Positions 7,140 through 14,764 of a stretch of DNA of 20,000 bases are shown here, one piece after another. The DNA is from an uncultured virus (IMG/VR IMGVR_UViG_3300028569_000010) (lineage: Duplodnaviria > Heunggongvirae > Uroviricota > Caudoviricetes), in IMG/VR virus record IMGVR_UViG_3300028569_000010; one strand, given 5' to 3'. The notes beneath the pieces are model-generated. The model did no database searches, was not told the DNA's origin, and saw only the letters and a program-made list of their open reading frames with translations. The position numbers and the translations under genes were made by a program. The first letter of the stretch is position 1. Every line of letters starts with the position of its first letter.

Positions 7140-7364
7140 ATGAATAGTTTATTTAACTTGTTGTTGGCAGCATCACTGGCTTTTCCGACATCTATTATTA
7201 TATCTTTTCTATATTATATGGGATGTGCTATTGTAGTAAACTGCTTTAAGTATAATTATGGTAATGAAAATTATTGGATATTTTCTCACGCTGTTGTAAT
7301 ATTGGTAATTAGTTGGATAATTAGTTTTGGACTTTACATTATATTCTTAGAAAGAGAACTATGA
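7140..7364 (+). CDS. Small membrane protein (2 predicted TM segments)
   Basis: GGAG RBS; two long hydrophobic stretches. Confidence 0.7.
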   Translation: MNSLFNLLLAASLAFPTSIIISFLYYMGCAIVVNCFKYNYGNENYWIFSHAVVILVISWIISFGLYIIFLEREL

Positions 7365-7657
7365 AAGGCCCACTAATCTACTACGAAATTAAGGATATAT
7401 ATGGTACTGATTTATCTAGTACCAAATTGGCTACACAATTAGGCAAAGATATAATGGGCGATATTGATCTAGGATTTAATGTGGAACTAGACTTTAAAGA
7501 TGTTCGTAGTATAACTAACGGATGGGCTAGAAATGTGGTAGGAACTATTGCTAAAAAACATGGCGAAGATTTTGTAAAAAGCCACATACTAATTAGTAAC
7601 ATGACTAAAGGTGTTCGCAAAACTATGTTGGAAGGCATTGGAGATATATTGGTATGA
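7361..7657 (+). CDS. STAS-like domain protein (DUF4325), copy 1
   Basis: GTDLSS..VELDFKDVRSITNGWARNVVG..ILISNM pattern. Confidence 0.75.
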   Translation: MKGPLIYYEIKDIYGTDLSSTKLATQLGKDIMGDIDLGFNVELDFKDVRSITNGWARNVVGTIAKKHGEDFVKSHILISNMTKGVRKTMLEGIGDILV

Positions 7658-7887
7658 CATTTGAAGAATTTCAAACCAAAGTAGACGATACGTTTATGGC
7701 TAATCAACCCCCAAAAATTCTTGCTACTAATCGGTGGAGATATGGTCAAACAATAATGAATGTTTTACACGATGTTTGGCATCAAAAATATCTGGAAATT
7801 AGCGATTCAGATATGGATTGTTTTTATACTAATCGTAATGTTGATATGGTATTAAATAAACTGGAGAAAGAATGGAAGTTAAAGTAA
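7654..7887 (+). CDS. Hypothetical protein, paralog of 9126-9353
   Basis: WRYGQT.MNVL..DCFY motif shared with copy 2. Confidence 0.8.
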   Translation: MTFEEFQTKVDDTFMANQPPKILATNRWRYGQTIMNVLHDVWHQKYLEISDSDMDCFYTNRNVDMVLNKLEKEWKLK

Positions 7888-8090
7888 AACAAGAATACCA
7901 AACTTTAGATAAGAACAACTTTGATCAAGTGTGTTGTCTTGTGGATCGCATAGTAGAAGATATTTGTATTACATCAGAACTAGAAAAAAATCCATTTTGG
8001 CACGAAGAATTAAAAATATCCATGATAAAAGACTATATGATAGACCTTATTAATCCAGACCTTTTAGATTTTAACAAGGATATTGCATGA
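7872..8090 (+). CDS. Hypothetical protein
   Basis: GGAG upstream; overlaps neighbours. Confidence 0.65.
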   Translation: MEVKVKQEYQTLDKNNFDQVCCLVDRIVEDICITSELEKNPFWHEELKISMIKDYMIDLINPDLLDFNKDIA

Positions 8091-8245
8091 ACATATCAAT
8101 TTGGTATAGAAACGGTGAATATCACTGGGAATTTTATGATGGGCCAGATGGCATCGACCATTTTACAGGTTTTTCCTCTAGTCTGGGAGAGGCTTTTGAA
8201 TCTATAATCAAACAACAACTAATGAATTCCATGCAATATCAATAA
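8087..8245 (+). CDS. 52-aa hypothetical protein (not in ORF track)
   Basis: ATGA coupling, AAGGA RBS; MNISIWYRNGEYHWEFYDGPDGIDHFTG... Confidence 0.65.
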   Translation: MNISIWYRNGEYHWEFYDGPDGIDHFTGFSSSLGEAFESIIKQQLMNSMQYQ

Positions 8246-8258
8246 ACTCAAGCCTGTC

Positions 8259-8286
8259 TTGACAAACGCCGATAACATGGTATAAA
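8259..8286 (+). promoter_or_regulatory. Sigma70-like promoter with CGAT spacer element
   Basis: TTGACA-aacgcCGATaacatgg-TATAAA (16 nt); CTTGACAAACGCCGATA identical to the 3197 promoter. Confidence 0.75.
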
Positions 8287-8345
8287 TAGTCAGTATTGAC
8301 ACTTTAAGGCTAGTTTCTTGCAATAAAAGGACACTTTTGACACTT

Positions 8346-8516
8346 ATGAACTACTATATTGAAAAACACGATATGGAAATGATCTTGGATGCTCTGGAGA
8401 ATCTTGTGGCGGATATGAAACACGCTAAAGATAATGGTCATTATAGACTTGTCGATTATCCTTATTCTATTGATGATGTTAATGGTCTTTTAAAGAGTTT
8501 TACAGAGAATAACTAA
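8346..8516 (+). CDS. 56-aa hypothetical protein (not in ORF track)
   Basis: MNYYIEKHDMEMILDALENLVADMK...; TAATG coupling to next ORF. Confidence 0.65.
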   Translation: MNYYIEKHDMEMILDALENLVADMKHAKDNGHYRLVDYPYSIDDVNGLLKSFTENN

Positions 8517-8722
8517 TGACCGAAAACCCACTACAACTAGCAACTAAAAATTGGATAGAAGCAGTCCAGAAGTATTATGAGAATACTCGTAGTAATGAAT
8601 TAACCCAAATACATATGAGGGGGCATTTTAGCGGTTGGAGCGAAAGAGAGATAGTGAATTTAGCGAACAAATTGGCTAAAAATGAAAACGATTATCCTTT
8701 GTGGAGAGACTTGGAAAAGTAA
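8516..8722 (+). CDS. Hypothetical protein
   Basis: 68 aa coupled ORF. Confidence 0.65.
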   Translation: MTENPLQLATKNWIEAVQKYYENTRSNELTQIHMRGHFSGWSEREIVNLANKLAKNENDYPLWRDLEK

Positions 8723-8832
8723 CAATTTTTCAAGATAGTTGTATCCCTACCAAGGGAGGATTGCTTAATATTAGTGCAGAAAAAATTTCAACATGACACA
8801 AGAAGAATTTTAATATAAAAAGAAGAGGAACT

Positions 8833-9129
8833 ATGAAAGGCCCACTAATCTATTACGAAATCAAACATATGTATGGTACTGATTTAAGCAGCACCAAAAA
8901 AGCTAGTGAATTACGACAAAGCATCCTAGAAGAAATAGGTCTAGGATTTAATGTAGAGATTGATTTTAAAGGTGTTCGTTCAGTTACTAATGGGTGGGCT
9001 AGAAATCTAATTGGTGTTATAGCTAAAGAACAAGGATCGGACTTTGTTAAGAGTCATATACTCCTTATCAATATGAGTAAGAATATTAGAACAACATTAC
9101 TTGAGGGTGTGGAGGATATATTAGTATGA
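8833..9129 (+). CDS. STAS-like domain protein (DUF4325), copy 2
   Basis: Same length (98 aa) and motifs as 7361-7657; GAGG RBS. Confidence 0.75.
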   Translation: MKGPLIYYEIKHMYGTDLSSTKKASELRQSILEEIGLGFNVEIDFKGVRSVTNGWARNLIGVIAKEQGSDFVKSHILLINMSKNIRTTLLEGVEDILV

Positions 9130-9353
9130 AGTTTGTAGAATTTCTATATAAAGTTGATGAGACTTTTATGAGCAATCAACCTCCAAAGGTTTCTGCCGCT
9201 AATCAGTGGAGATATGGTCAAACAGTAATGAATGTTCTTTGGGATATTTGGCCCGAGAAACACGACGAAATTAAAGACAGCGATTTTAACTGTTTTTATA
9301 CTAATCGTAATGTTCCTATGGTTCTAAATAAATTAGAGAAAGAATGGCGATGA
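9126..9353 (+). CDS. Hypothetical protein, paralog of 7654-7887
   Basis: NQPPK..WRYGQT..CFYTNRNV.MVLNKLEKEW shared. Confidence 0.8.
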   Translation: MKFVEFLYKVDETFMSNQPPKVSAANQWRYGQTVMNVLWDIWPEKHDEIKDSDFNCFYTNRNVPMVLNKLEKEWR

Positions 9354-9616
9354 ACAGAGATATAGATTCTGATAAAGATTTTAGCATGAGCGTGGATGAA
9401 TACTTAGCAACTTACAAACCCGGCCCGTTCATTCCTTATGCCGTCTACAACGCTCACAGAGACTCTATAACGGTCTATTTTAAAAAAGAGAGAGACTACA
9501 CACAGCCATTAAACGATGCCTTAGAACTGCATTTATCGCAAGAAACAAATGAGATAGTGGGAGCGACTATTTTCAATATCAAGAAACTTTGTGACAAACA
9601 AAATGAAACTAACTAA
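9344..9616 (+). CDS. DUF2283-like protein
   Basis: YNAHRDSITVYF...LELHLSQETNEIVGATIFN resembles the DUF2283 pattern. Confidence 0.55.
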   Translation: MAMNRDIDSDKDFSMSVDEYLATYKPGPFIPYAVYNAHRDSITVYFKKERDYTQPLNDALELHLSQETNEIVGATIFNIKKLCDKQNETN

Positions 9617-9755
9617 TCAAGACTTAGATATACTACGAGAACTTTTAGAAGATAAGATAGATCAAATAGATCGTGGGCCAGAAAATGAAGTTGATAAACA
9701 AATGCCGGTACACCTCAATCTTCTCAAAAAATTAGACACGATGTATTTTTCATGA
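9603..9755 (+). CDS. 50-aa hypothetical protein (not in ORF track)
   Basis: MKLTNQDLDILRELLEDKIDQI...; fills gap and ends in ATGA coupling. Confidence 0.65.
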   Translation: MKLTNQDLDILRELLEDKIDQIDRGPENEVDKQMPVHLNLLKKLDTMYFS

Positions 9756-10312
9756 TATACTTTATTGCAGATCCTCATTTTGGACATCATAAAATAATTC
9801 AATATTGTAATCGTCCATTTGATAATGTTCACATAATGGATCAGGTTATATTCGATAATATTAACGAAGTTGTTGGGCCAGATGATACTCTGTATATTCT
9901 TGGAGACTTTTGTTTTAGAGGAAAGAAGCCACTTGAGTACAGAATAAGAATAGTTTGTCAAGATATTCATTTAATTTTGGGGAATCACGACAAAAGAACT
10001 GATTTTTATCCCAGTGATCTTGTTACAGATATGAACGGGTTTTCTTCTGTTCAAGAGGTAAAAGAAATAATATATTGTAACCAAAGAATATATCTAAGTC
10101 ATTATCCTCACAGAAGTTGGCCCGCTAGTCATAAGGGTAGTTTTATGCTATACGGTCATGTGCATTCTAATATAGATCATGAAGATAGGGTATCTTCTAA
10201 AAAAACACTAGATGTTGGTGTTGATAACTGTAAAAATTATGGTAAACCTTTTGGTCAACCATTTTCTTTTAAAGAGATACAGAGTATAATGAGTAAGAGA
10301 GGTTTACAGTGA
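9752..10312 (+). CDS. Calcineurin-like metallophosphoesterase
   Basis: Motifs ADPHFGH, LGDF, GNHD, HYP, GHVH, DVGVD. Confidence 0.9.
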   Translation: MIYFIADPHFGHHKIIQYCNRPFDNVHIMDQVIFDNINEVVGPDDTLYILGDFCFRGKKPLEYRIRIVCQDIHLILGNHDKRTDFYPSDLVTDMNGFSSVQEVKEIIYCNQRIYLSHYPHRSWPASHKGSFMLYGHVHSNIDHEDRVSSKKTLDVGVDNCKNYGKPFGQPFSFKEIQSIMSKRGLQ

Positions 10313-10965
10313 GTAATTATCTAAATTTTGATATACCTATATTTACTTGTTATTTAGATTCATCTTTCCTTTATAATAAACCGGCTAGTGTAAATGCTAA
10401 ACGAATCCCTGTAGAAGTATTTTCTTACACAAGTATACCACAAAGATGTGGTTTATTTTCTATTATGACTGAATATGGCAGTCAACACGCTAGAGTTCCT
10501 TTACATTATTTAAGGACGAATGATTCTGGAGGAACAAATTACCCATTAGATTGGATTCAACTATGGGATAGTATGAGCTATTATGGTAGCATTAATATTA
10601 ACTCGTACACAAAGAATAGAGCAGCTAACATAATATTAAAAAACAAGAAACAAGAAAAAGTAAAATATCTGTTCACTATAGATTGGTGTTTTGGCCCACA
10701 GTATCAATTTAATTATGGAGAAATGGCTGCTGGACATAAGTGCGGCCATTTCTTTGAAGGTAATGGTCAGTATTTTATGCAGCCTAATAATAGAATATTA
10801 TGGATGGATGGCGGAAGTTGGATAGCAAAAAAGTTTGACAAAAAACCAGATTGGAAAATTTTTAATCAAGAATTTAGTTGCGAAAATACTGGAAGTAGAT
10901 GGGTTAGCGAATCAGAAGAAGAAGAATATTTCTATTCATTTAAAGAAACAGATAATAATGCTTAA
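10309..10965 (+). CDS. Hypothetical phage protein
   Basis: 218 aa, GTG start; QLWD, YLFTIDW, HKCGH, QPNNR motifs. Confidence 0.8.
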   Translation: MSNYLNFDIPIFTCYLDSSFLYNKPASVNAKRIPVEVFSYTSIPQRCGLFSIMTEYGSQHARVPLHYLRTNDSGGTNYPLDWIQLWDSMSYYGSININSYTKNRAANIILKNKKQEKVKYLFTIDWCFGPQYQFNYGEMAAGHKCGHFFEGNGQYFMQPNNRILWMDGGSWIAKKFDKKPDWKIFNQEFSCENTGSRWVSESEEEEYFYSFKETDNNA

Positions 10966-11707
10966 AAATCGTTTTAATTACTGGACTTGTAGCAAGTTTG
11001 CAGATTTTATTCGTGGAGTAGAAAAACCATTTGCTCTGGAATGGGGCGAATGGGATTTATGGAAAGAGAAACAAAAAAAAGAAAGACCTATCAGATTTTG
11101 GTTGAGTGACACTCTACTAAAGTACATACAAGATATAGTATACTTTCCATATGACGTATATAGTAACTTGAGACACTACATACAAAATAGGTGGATTGAT
11201 AAAAGGCACTACTTAAAAACTGGATTAAAACCTGGACATTATTATGAATTTGATGAGAGAATTTTGCACGGTCTTTTTAATGAATTGGTTGACTATGTAG
11301 AAGTCGAATGCGCCCACTTAAGTTTCTTCGACAAAGATAAAAAGTACAAAGTGAAAAATGGTCGCTGTATAGAAGCAGCATATGATTATTTTGAGTGGTC
11401 TAATAATCTTAAAGATGATGATGGTGAACTTTCTCGACAAGCAATACAGTCTAGAGAATTACAGGAATTGTACGAGTGGTGGAAATTAAAGAGGCCACTC
11501 AGAAAAGATCCAGCAGAATTGAGTGGATGGAAAGATGATTGCTCAATAAATGAGGATGACTTATTCAATAATGACATACCAGAAGACAAAAGAAAACAAA
11601 TAAATATTGTTCTAAATAAGCTTGATTCGATAGAAGAATCTCAGTATGACGAGGATACTAATATGCTAGTACGCTTGATTAAGTTAAGGAAACATTTATG
11701 GATATAA
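10958..11707 (+). CDS. Hypothetical protein, paralog of 3651-4409
   Basis: Alignment to the paralog places the start at ATG 10958 (MLKNRFNYW). Confidence 0.85.
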   Translation: MLKNRFNYWTCSKFADFIRGVEKPFALEWGEWDLWKEKQKKERPIRFWLSDTLLKYIQDIVYFPYDVYSNLRHYIQNRWIDKRHYLKTGLKPGHYYEFDERILHGLFNELVDYVEVECAHLSFFDKDKKYKVKNGRCIEAAYDYFEWSNNLKDDDGELSRQAIQSRELQELYEWWKLKRPLRKDPAELSGWKDDCSINEDDLFNNDIPEDKRKQINIVLNKLDSIEESQYDEDTNMLVRLIKLRKHLWI

Positions 11708-12060
11708 AGAATAACCTAGAATATCATTTGATATCAAGCGATGATATACTAAACAAAGCTAGAAATAGTAATGTATATAGTCAAAATTTATATGCCGCAC
11801 TTTGCAATAACCGATTCTTTTATGAAGATAAAGGGTGGAATTGTTCTTGGAGATACGCTGGAGGCATTGTCGCTGATATTCTACAGCGTGGAGATTATAT
11901 TGATTGGTATTGCAGTGGAATGCTAGGAGATAAAATTCCTGGTTATGTTCCAGAGGGAGAAGTGACGGATGAAATTAGACTAGATTTAATAAAGTTGGGT
12001 TGGATTGTCTTACCTTATGAACCAAGATTGGAGCCTGGGGTATATAGAAATGAGTGGTGA
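11698..12060 (+). CDS. Hypothetical protein, paralog of 4627-4998
   Basis: Shared motifs including identical C-terminal PYEPRLEPGVYRNEW. Confidence 0.85.
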   Translation: MDIKNNLEYHLISSDDILNKARNSNVYSQNLYAALCNNRFFYEDKGWNCSWRYAGGIVADILQRGDYIDWYCSGMLGDKIPGYVPEGEVTDEIRLDLIKLGWIVLPYEPRLEPGVYRNEW

Positions 12061-12172
12061 GAATCTTCCAGACAGTAAAATTCCTTGGTGGGATAATGAA
12101 TATGAGGGTGTATATAGCGAAGATGATGAAGATGGATACCCATATGATGTTGGCACAAAAGTACAAGAATGA
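12050..12172 (+). CDS. 40-aa acidic microprotein (not in ORF track)
   Basis: MSGENLPDSKIPWWDNEYEGVYSEDDEDGYPYDVGTKVQE; paralog of 4976-5095. Confidence 0.8.
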   Translation: MSGENLPDSKIPWWDNEYEGVYSEDDEDGYPYDVGTKVQE

Positions 12173-12186
12173 CTAAAGTACACACC

Positions 12187-12214
12187 TTGACAAAGACGAT
12201 ATATGAGCTATAAT
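12187..12214 (+). promoter_or_regulatory. Sigma70-like promoter with CGAT spacer element
   Basis: TTGACA-aagaCGATatatgagc-TATAAT (16 nt). Confidence 0.8.
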
Positions 12215-12247
12215 CGTATGTATACGAAACACTTATATGGAGACAAA

Positions 12248-12610
12248 ATGGCTAAACAAAGAAAGCAAGTATCTTTGGATTTCATCGAATGTACACAAAG
12301 AACTATAAATGATTTGCTCTGTAGTGAAATTCCACAGTTTGCTAAACATAGACTTTGTATTGTTATGGAGAAACTTCTTAGAGATATGAAACAAAGCGAT
12401 AATAATTTTAAGTATCTATACTGGAATCGTTATGGAAAGTTAGATTGGGACGCAGAAAAAAATATACATCTTGCGAAACTTTCAATAGGAGACAATATCA
12501 GTATACCTAAAGAGTATATAACAGGTCCAGAATTTAATTCTATTAAAGATGATGATAAAGACAATTACATACATCCTATACAGGGTGAGTGGTCAAGAGA
12601 ATATTACTAA
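12248..12610 (+). CDS. Hypothetical protein
   Basis: GGAG RBS before ATG 12248; the longer start falls inside the promoter. Confidence 0.75.
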   Translation: MAKQRKQVSLDFIECTQRTINDLLCSEIPQFAKHRLCIVMEKLLRDMKQSDNNFKYLYWNRYGKLDWDAEKNIHLAKLSIGDNISIPKEYITGPEFNSIKDDDKDNYIHPIQGEWSREYY

Positions 12611-12620
12611 GGAGATAACA

Positions 12621-12935
12621 ATGGATAGATATAAAGATGTAGATTTTGACTTTGGTATACCAAATAGGTTCGATCTTGAAGAAGCTATTTTGGGTCAATT
12701 AAGTGTTAACGATAATTTACAAGTAATTATAGAAGATGTTCTTGAGGGTGATAATCTTTGTCTTGATGGTGATGAATTAGTTAACACTTTGCAAGGTATT
12801 ATTAATCTCCATCAAATGAAGTATAATAAGCTTTGGGAAATTTTTACTGCGCTTTTTAAACTTGATGGATATAATGATAAAAATCTAAACGATTATAAGA
12901 AGTATGCTGAATATTTGAAGAAAGAGAAGCAATGA
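12621..12935 (+). CDS. Hypothetical protein
   Basis: AAGGAG RBS before ATG 12621. Confidence 0.75.
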   Translation: MDRYKDVDFDFGIPNRFDLEEAILGQLSVNDNLQVIIEDVLEGDNLCLDGDELVNTLQGIINLHQMKYNKLWEIFTALFKLDGYNDKNLNDYKKYAEYLKKEKQ

Positions 12936-13117
12936 AAAAGAAGAATGTAAAAATTGTACTGTGCGATCCGCCGGGAAGTTATTGTAATAACAGTGCGTTT
13001 GAAGTTAAGAAAGTTATAAATACTTTACAAGTTAAAGTTGGTGAATATGTTGATGAAAAACTTGTTGAAAAATGGATTAAAAGTCATGAAAATTGGACCA
13101 TAGAGTTTGTTAGATAG
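12932..13117 (+). CDS. Hypothetical protein
   Basis: ATGA coupling, 61 aa. Confidence 0.7.
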   Translation: MKKKNVKIVLCDPPGSYCNNSAFEVKKVINTLQVKVGEYVDEKLVEKWIKSHENWTIEFVR

Positions 13118-13124
13118 TCTTGCT

Positions 13125-13408
13125 GCCCCTATGGTGAAATTGGCAAACACAACGGACTTGAAGATAAAATTTGAGTGCATGAAAGGAAACTTTTGATGTA
13201 GAACCTGTCAAATTCGGTGAAGGCTTAACTGCTAATACCGAGCCAAGCCCAGTAATGGGAAGGTGTAGAGACTTGACGGCAGGAACCTAAAACGCAAGTT
13301 ATGGTTAAGATAAAGTCCAGACCACAAACAGAAATGGTAACGAAAGTTATAGTGGTAAGAAAATCCGTTGCCCGAAAGGGCTTGTCGGTTCAAGTCCGAC
13401 TAGGGGTA
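13125..13408 (+). tRNA. tRNA-Leu(TAA) split by a group I intron (exons 13125-13159 and 13360-13408)
   Basis: Joined exons give acceptor GCCCCTA/TAGGGGT, A73, ACGGA-CTT^AAAA-TCCGT, variable arm GCCC-GAAA-GGGC, T-arm GTCGG-TTCAAGT-CCGAC. Confidence 0.92.
13160..13359 (+). mobile_element. Group I self-splicing intron (IC3-like), 200 nt, no ORF
   Basis: Exon ends in U, intron ends in G; P1 ACTT/GAGT with U.G pair; P AAATTCGGTGAA, Q AATACCGAG, R GTGTAGAGACTTGACGG, S AAGATAAAGTCC; P3 CTGTCA/TGACGG; P7 GACT/AGTC. Confidence 0.92.
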
Positions 13409-13861
13409 TTTTCGATTTTTTGATCTATAATTATCAGTTAGAGCGTGGCAGTTAGGACATAGTAAAGTTAAATTAGAAAGGTTATTGTTAAGATTATTTC
13501 CATCTATATGATGCAATTCAAGAGGAATTTTGGTATCTAACCAAGTTACTTTATTACACTTACAGCACTTATGGTCAAATACTTTTTCCTCTAATAATCT
13601 TCTTTTAAGTTTCCAACTTGTAATAGTCTGTTTATTCGATAGATAATCATCTAATGATCTTTTATGTCCAATTTTTTTACCTTTATTCCATCCCTGTAAT
13701 GTAAAATGAGAGATATCAATATTGTATTCTTTGATTTTCTTTTTAAGACAGGTATAGTTTCCACCAGCTTCTTTTAGTCCAAGTTTATTTAAACATTGAC
13801 GGTAACTATAACTATCACAACAAATTTCTTTAAGTAATTCTTTATTATATTGAATTCTCAT
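13400..13861 (-). CDS. Free-standing HNH endonuclease
   Basis: GAGG RBS; CCKC..LELHHIDGN..NN..NL..LCPNCH; only convincing minus-strand gene. Confidence 0.9.
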   Translation of the reverse strand: MRIQYNKELLKEICCDSYSYRQCLNKLGLKEAGGNYTCLKKKIKEYNIDISHFTLQGWNKGKKIGHKRSLDDYLSNKQTITSWKLKRRLLEEKVFDHKCCKCNKVTWLDTKIPLELHHIDGNNLNNNLSNLTLLCPNCHALTDNYRSKNRKYP

Positions 13862-13871
13862 TTTTTCCTCA

Positions 13872-13900
13872 TTGACAGATATAAAGGCATACGCTATAAT
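13872..13900 (+). promoter_or_regulatory. Consensus sigma70 promoter upstream of tRNA-Arg
   Basis: TTGACA-17 nt-TATAAT. Confidence 0.85.
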
Positions 13901-13933
13901 ACATATACACCAAAGTGTTTGAAATTTAGTTTT

Positions 13934-14005
13934 GGCCCCTTAGTTAAAAGGATATAACTTGGGATTTCTAATCCCACATTAGAGGTTCGATTCCTCTAGG
14001 GGCTA
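13934..14005 (+). tRNA. tRNA-Arg(TCT)
   Basis: Acceptor GGCCCCT/AGGGGCT; TGGGA-TTTCTAA-TCCCA; AGAGG-TTCGATT-CCTCT. Confidence 0.9.
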
Positions 14006-14050
14006 CTTGATATGTGTATATTATCATAGCACTATCATAAGGAGATAGCT

Positions 14051-14398
14051 ATGATAAAAAATAGTTTAGCCAATGTATTGTTAATATCTGCACTAATATC
14101 TATCGTCTCTTTATTTTGTTTTGCTGGGGATACATCAAATCAAAAAGTATTAATTATCTTTTCAGCTGATTGGTGTGCTTACTGCCAAAAAGTTAAAGAC
14201 GATATAAACCATGATCCAGAAATTTCAGAACTTATAAAGGATTATGAAGTTATAATAGTAGATTTTGATAGAGATAAAGAATTAGTAGAAGGGTATGGAG
14301 TTAAGTCTCTACCCACAATCATTAAAAAATATCAAGGTAAGACATTTACCAAGGTAGGATATAAAAATAAAATGGATTTGAAAAACTTTCTTAAATAG
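14051..14398 (+). CDS. Thioredoxin-like protein with N-terminal signal/anchor
   Basis: AAGGAG RBS; FSADWCAYC active site; YGVKSLPT cis-Pro loop; hydrophobic N-terminus. Confidence 0.88.
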   Translation: MIKNSLANVLLISALISIVSLFCFAGDTSNQKVLIIFSADWCAYCQKVKDDINHDPEISELIKDYEVIIVDFDRDKELVEGYGVKSLPTIIKKYQGKTFTKVGYKNKMDLKNFLK

Positions 14399-14750
14399 GG
14401 CCGACAAAGGTATCGATTGGATAAAAATTAGTATAATTAGCAAGTAGTAGGTGGTATGGTGGCTACTTTAAAACCATACTAAACGCTTTAACTGGCGAAA
14501 CACAGTTAGCTCTTGCAGCTTAATTAAGCTGTAACAATCTTAGGAAGCGATGCGGGGAGCGTCCAAAAGATTGTCGTAAAATCCTGCTGGATTAGAGTGG
14601 TCAACTTACTCTAATTGAGATAAATAGGTTGAAAAGTCTATTTAATATCTTGTTCGTTAGAGCTTAAATAGTCTGATAAATAACGAAATAAACTTGTAGA
14701 GATTATCCTAATATTATCGCAAGACACGGGTTCGACTCCCGTTCGGTCCA
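14398..14750 (+). ncRNA. ssrA: tmRNA
   Basis: GGGCCGA 5' end pairs with TCGGTCC-A (G3.U70); 3' GAC-ACGGG-TTCGACT-CCCGT T-arm; tag ORF 14494-14523 GETQLALAA* after TAACT. Confidence 0.93.
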
Positions 14751-14764
14751 CTAAAAGTGTATAT

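Noticed and set aside
10835..10957. N-terminal extensions in the ORF track (10835, 12203, 12549, 15087)
   Set aside because: Paralog alignment, RBS position or promoter overlap support the downstream ATGs
3651..12172. Diversity-generating retroelement or CRISPR explanation for the repeats
   Set aside because: Differences are at synonymous positions rather than adenine-specific; no reverse transcriptase and no regularly spaced repeats
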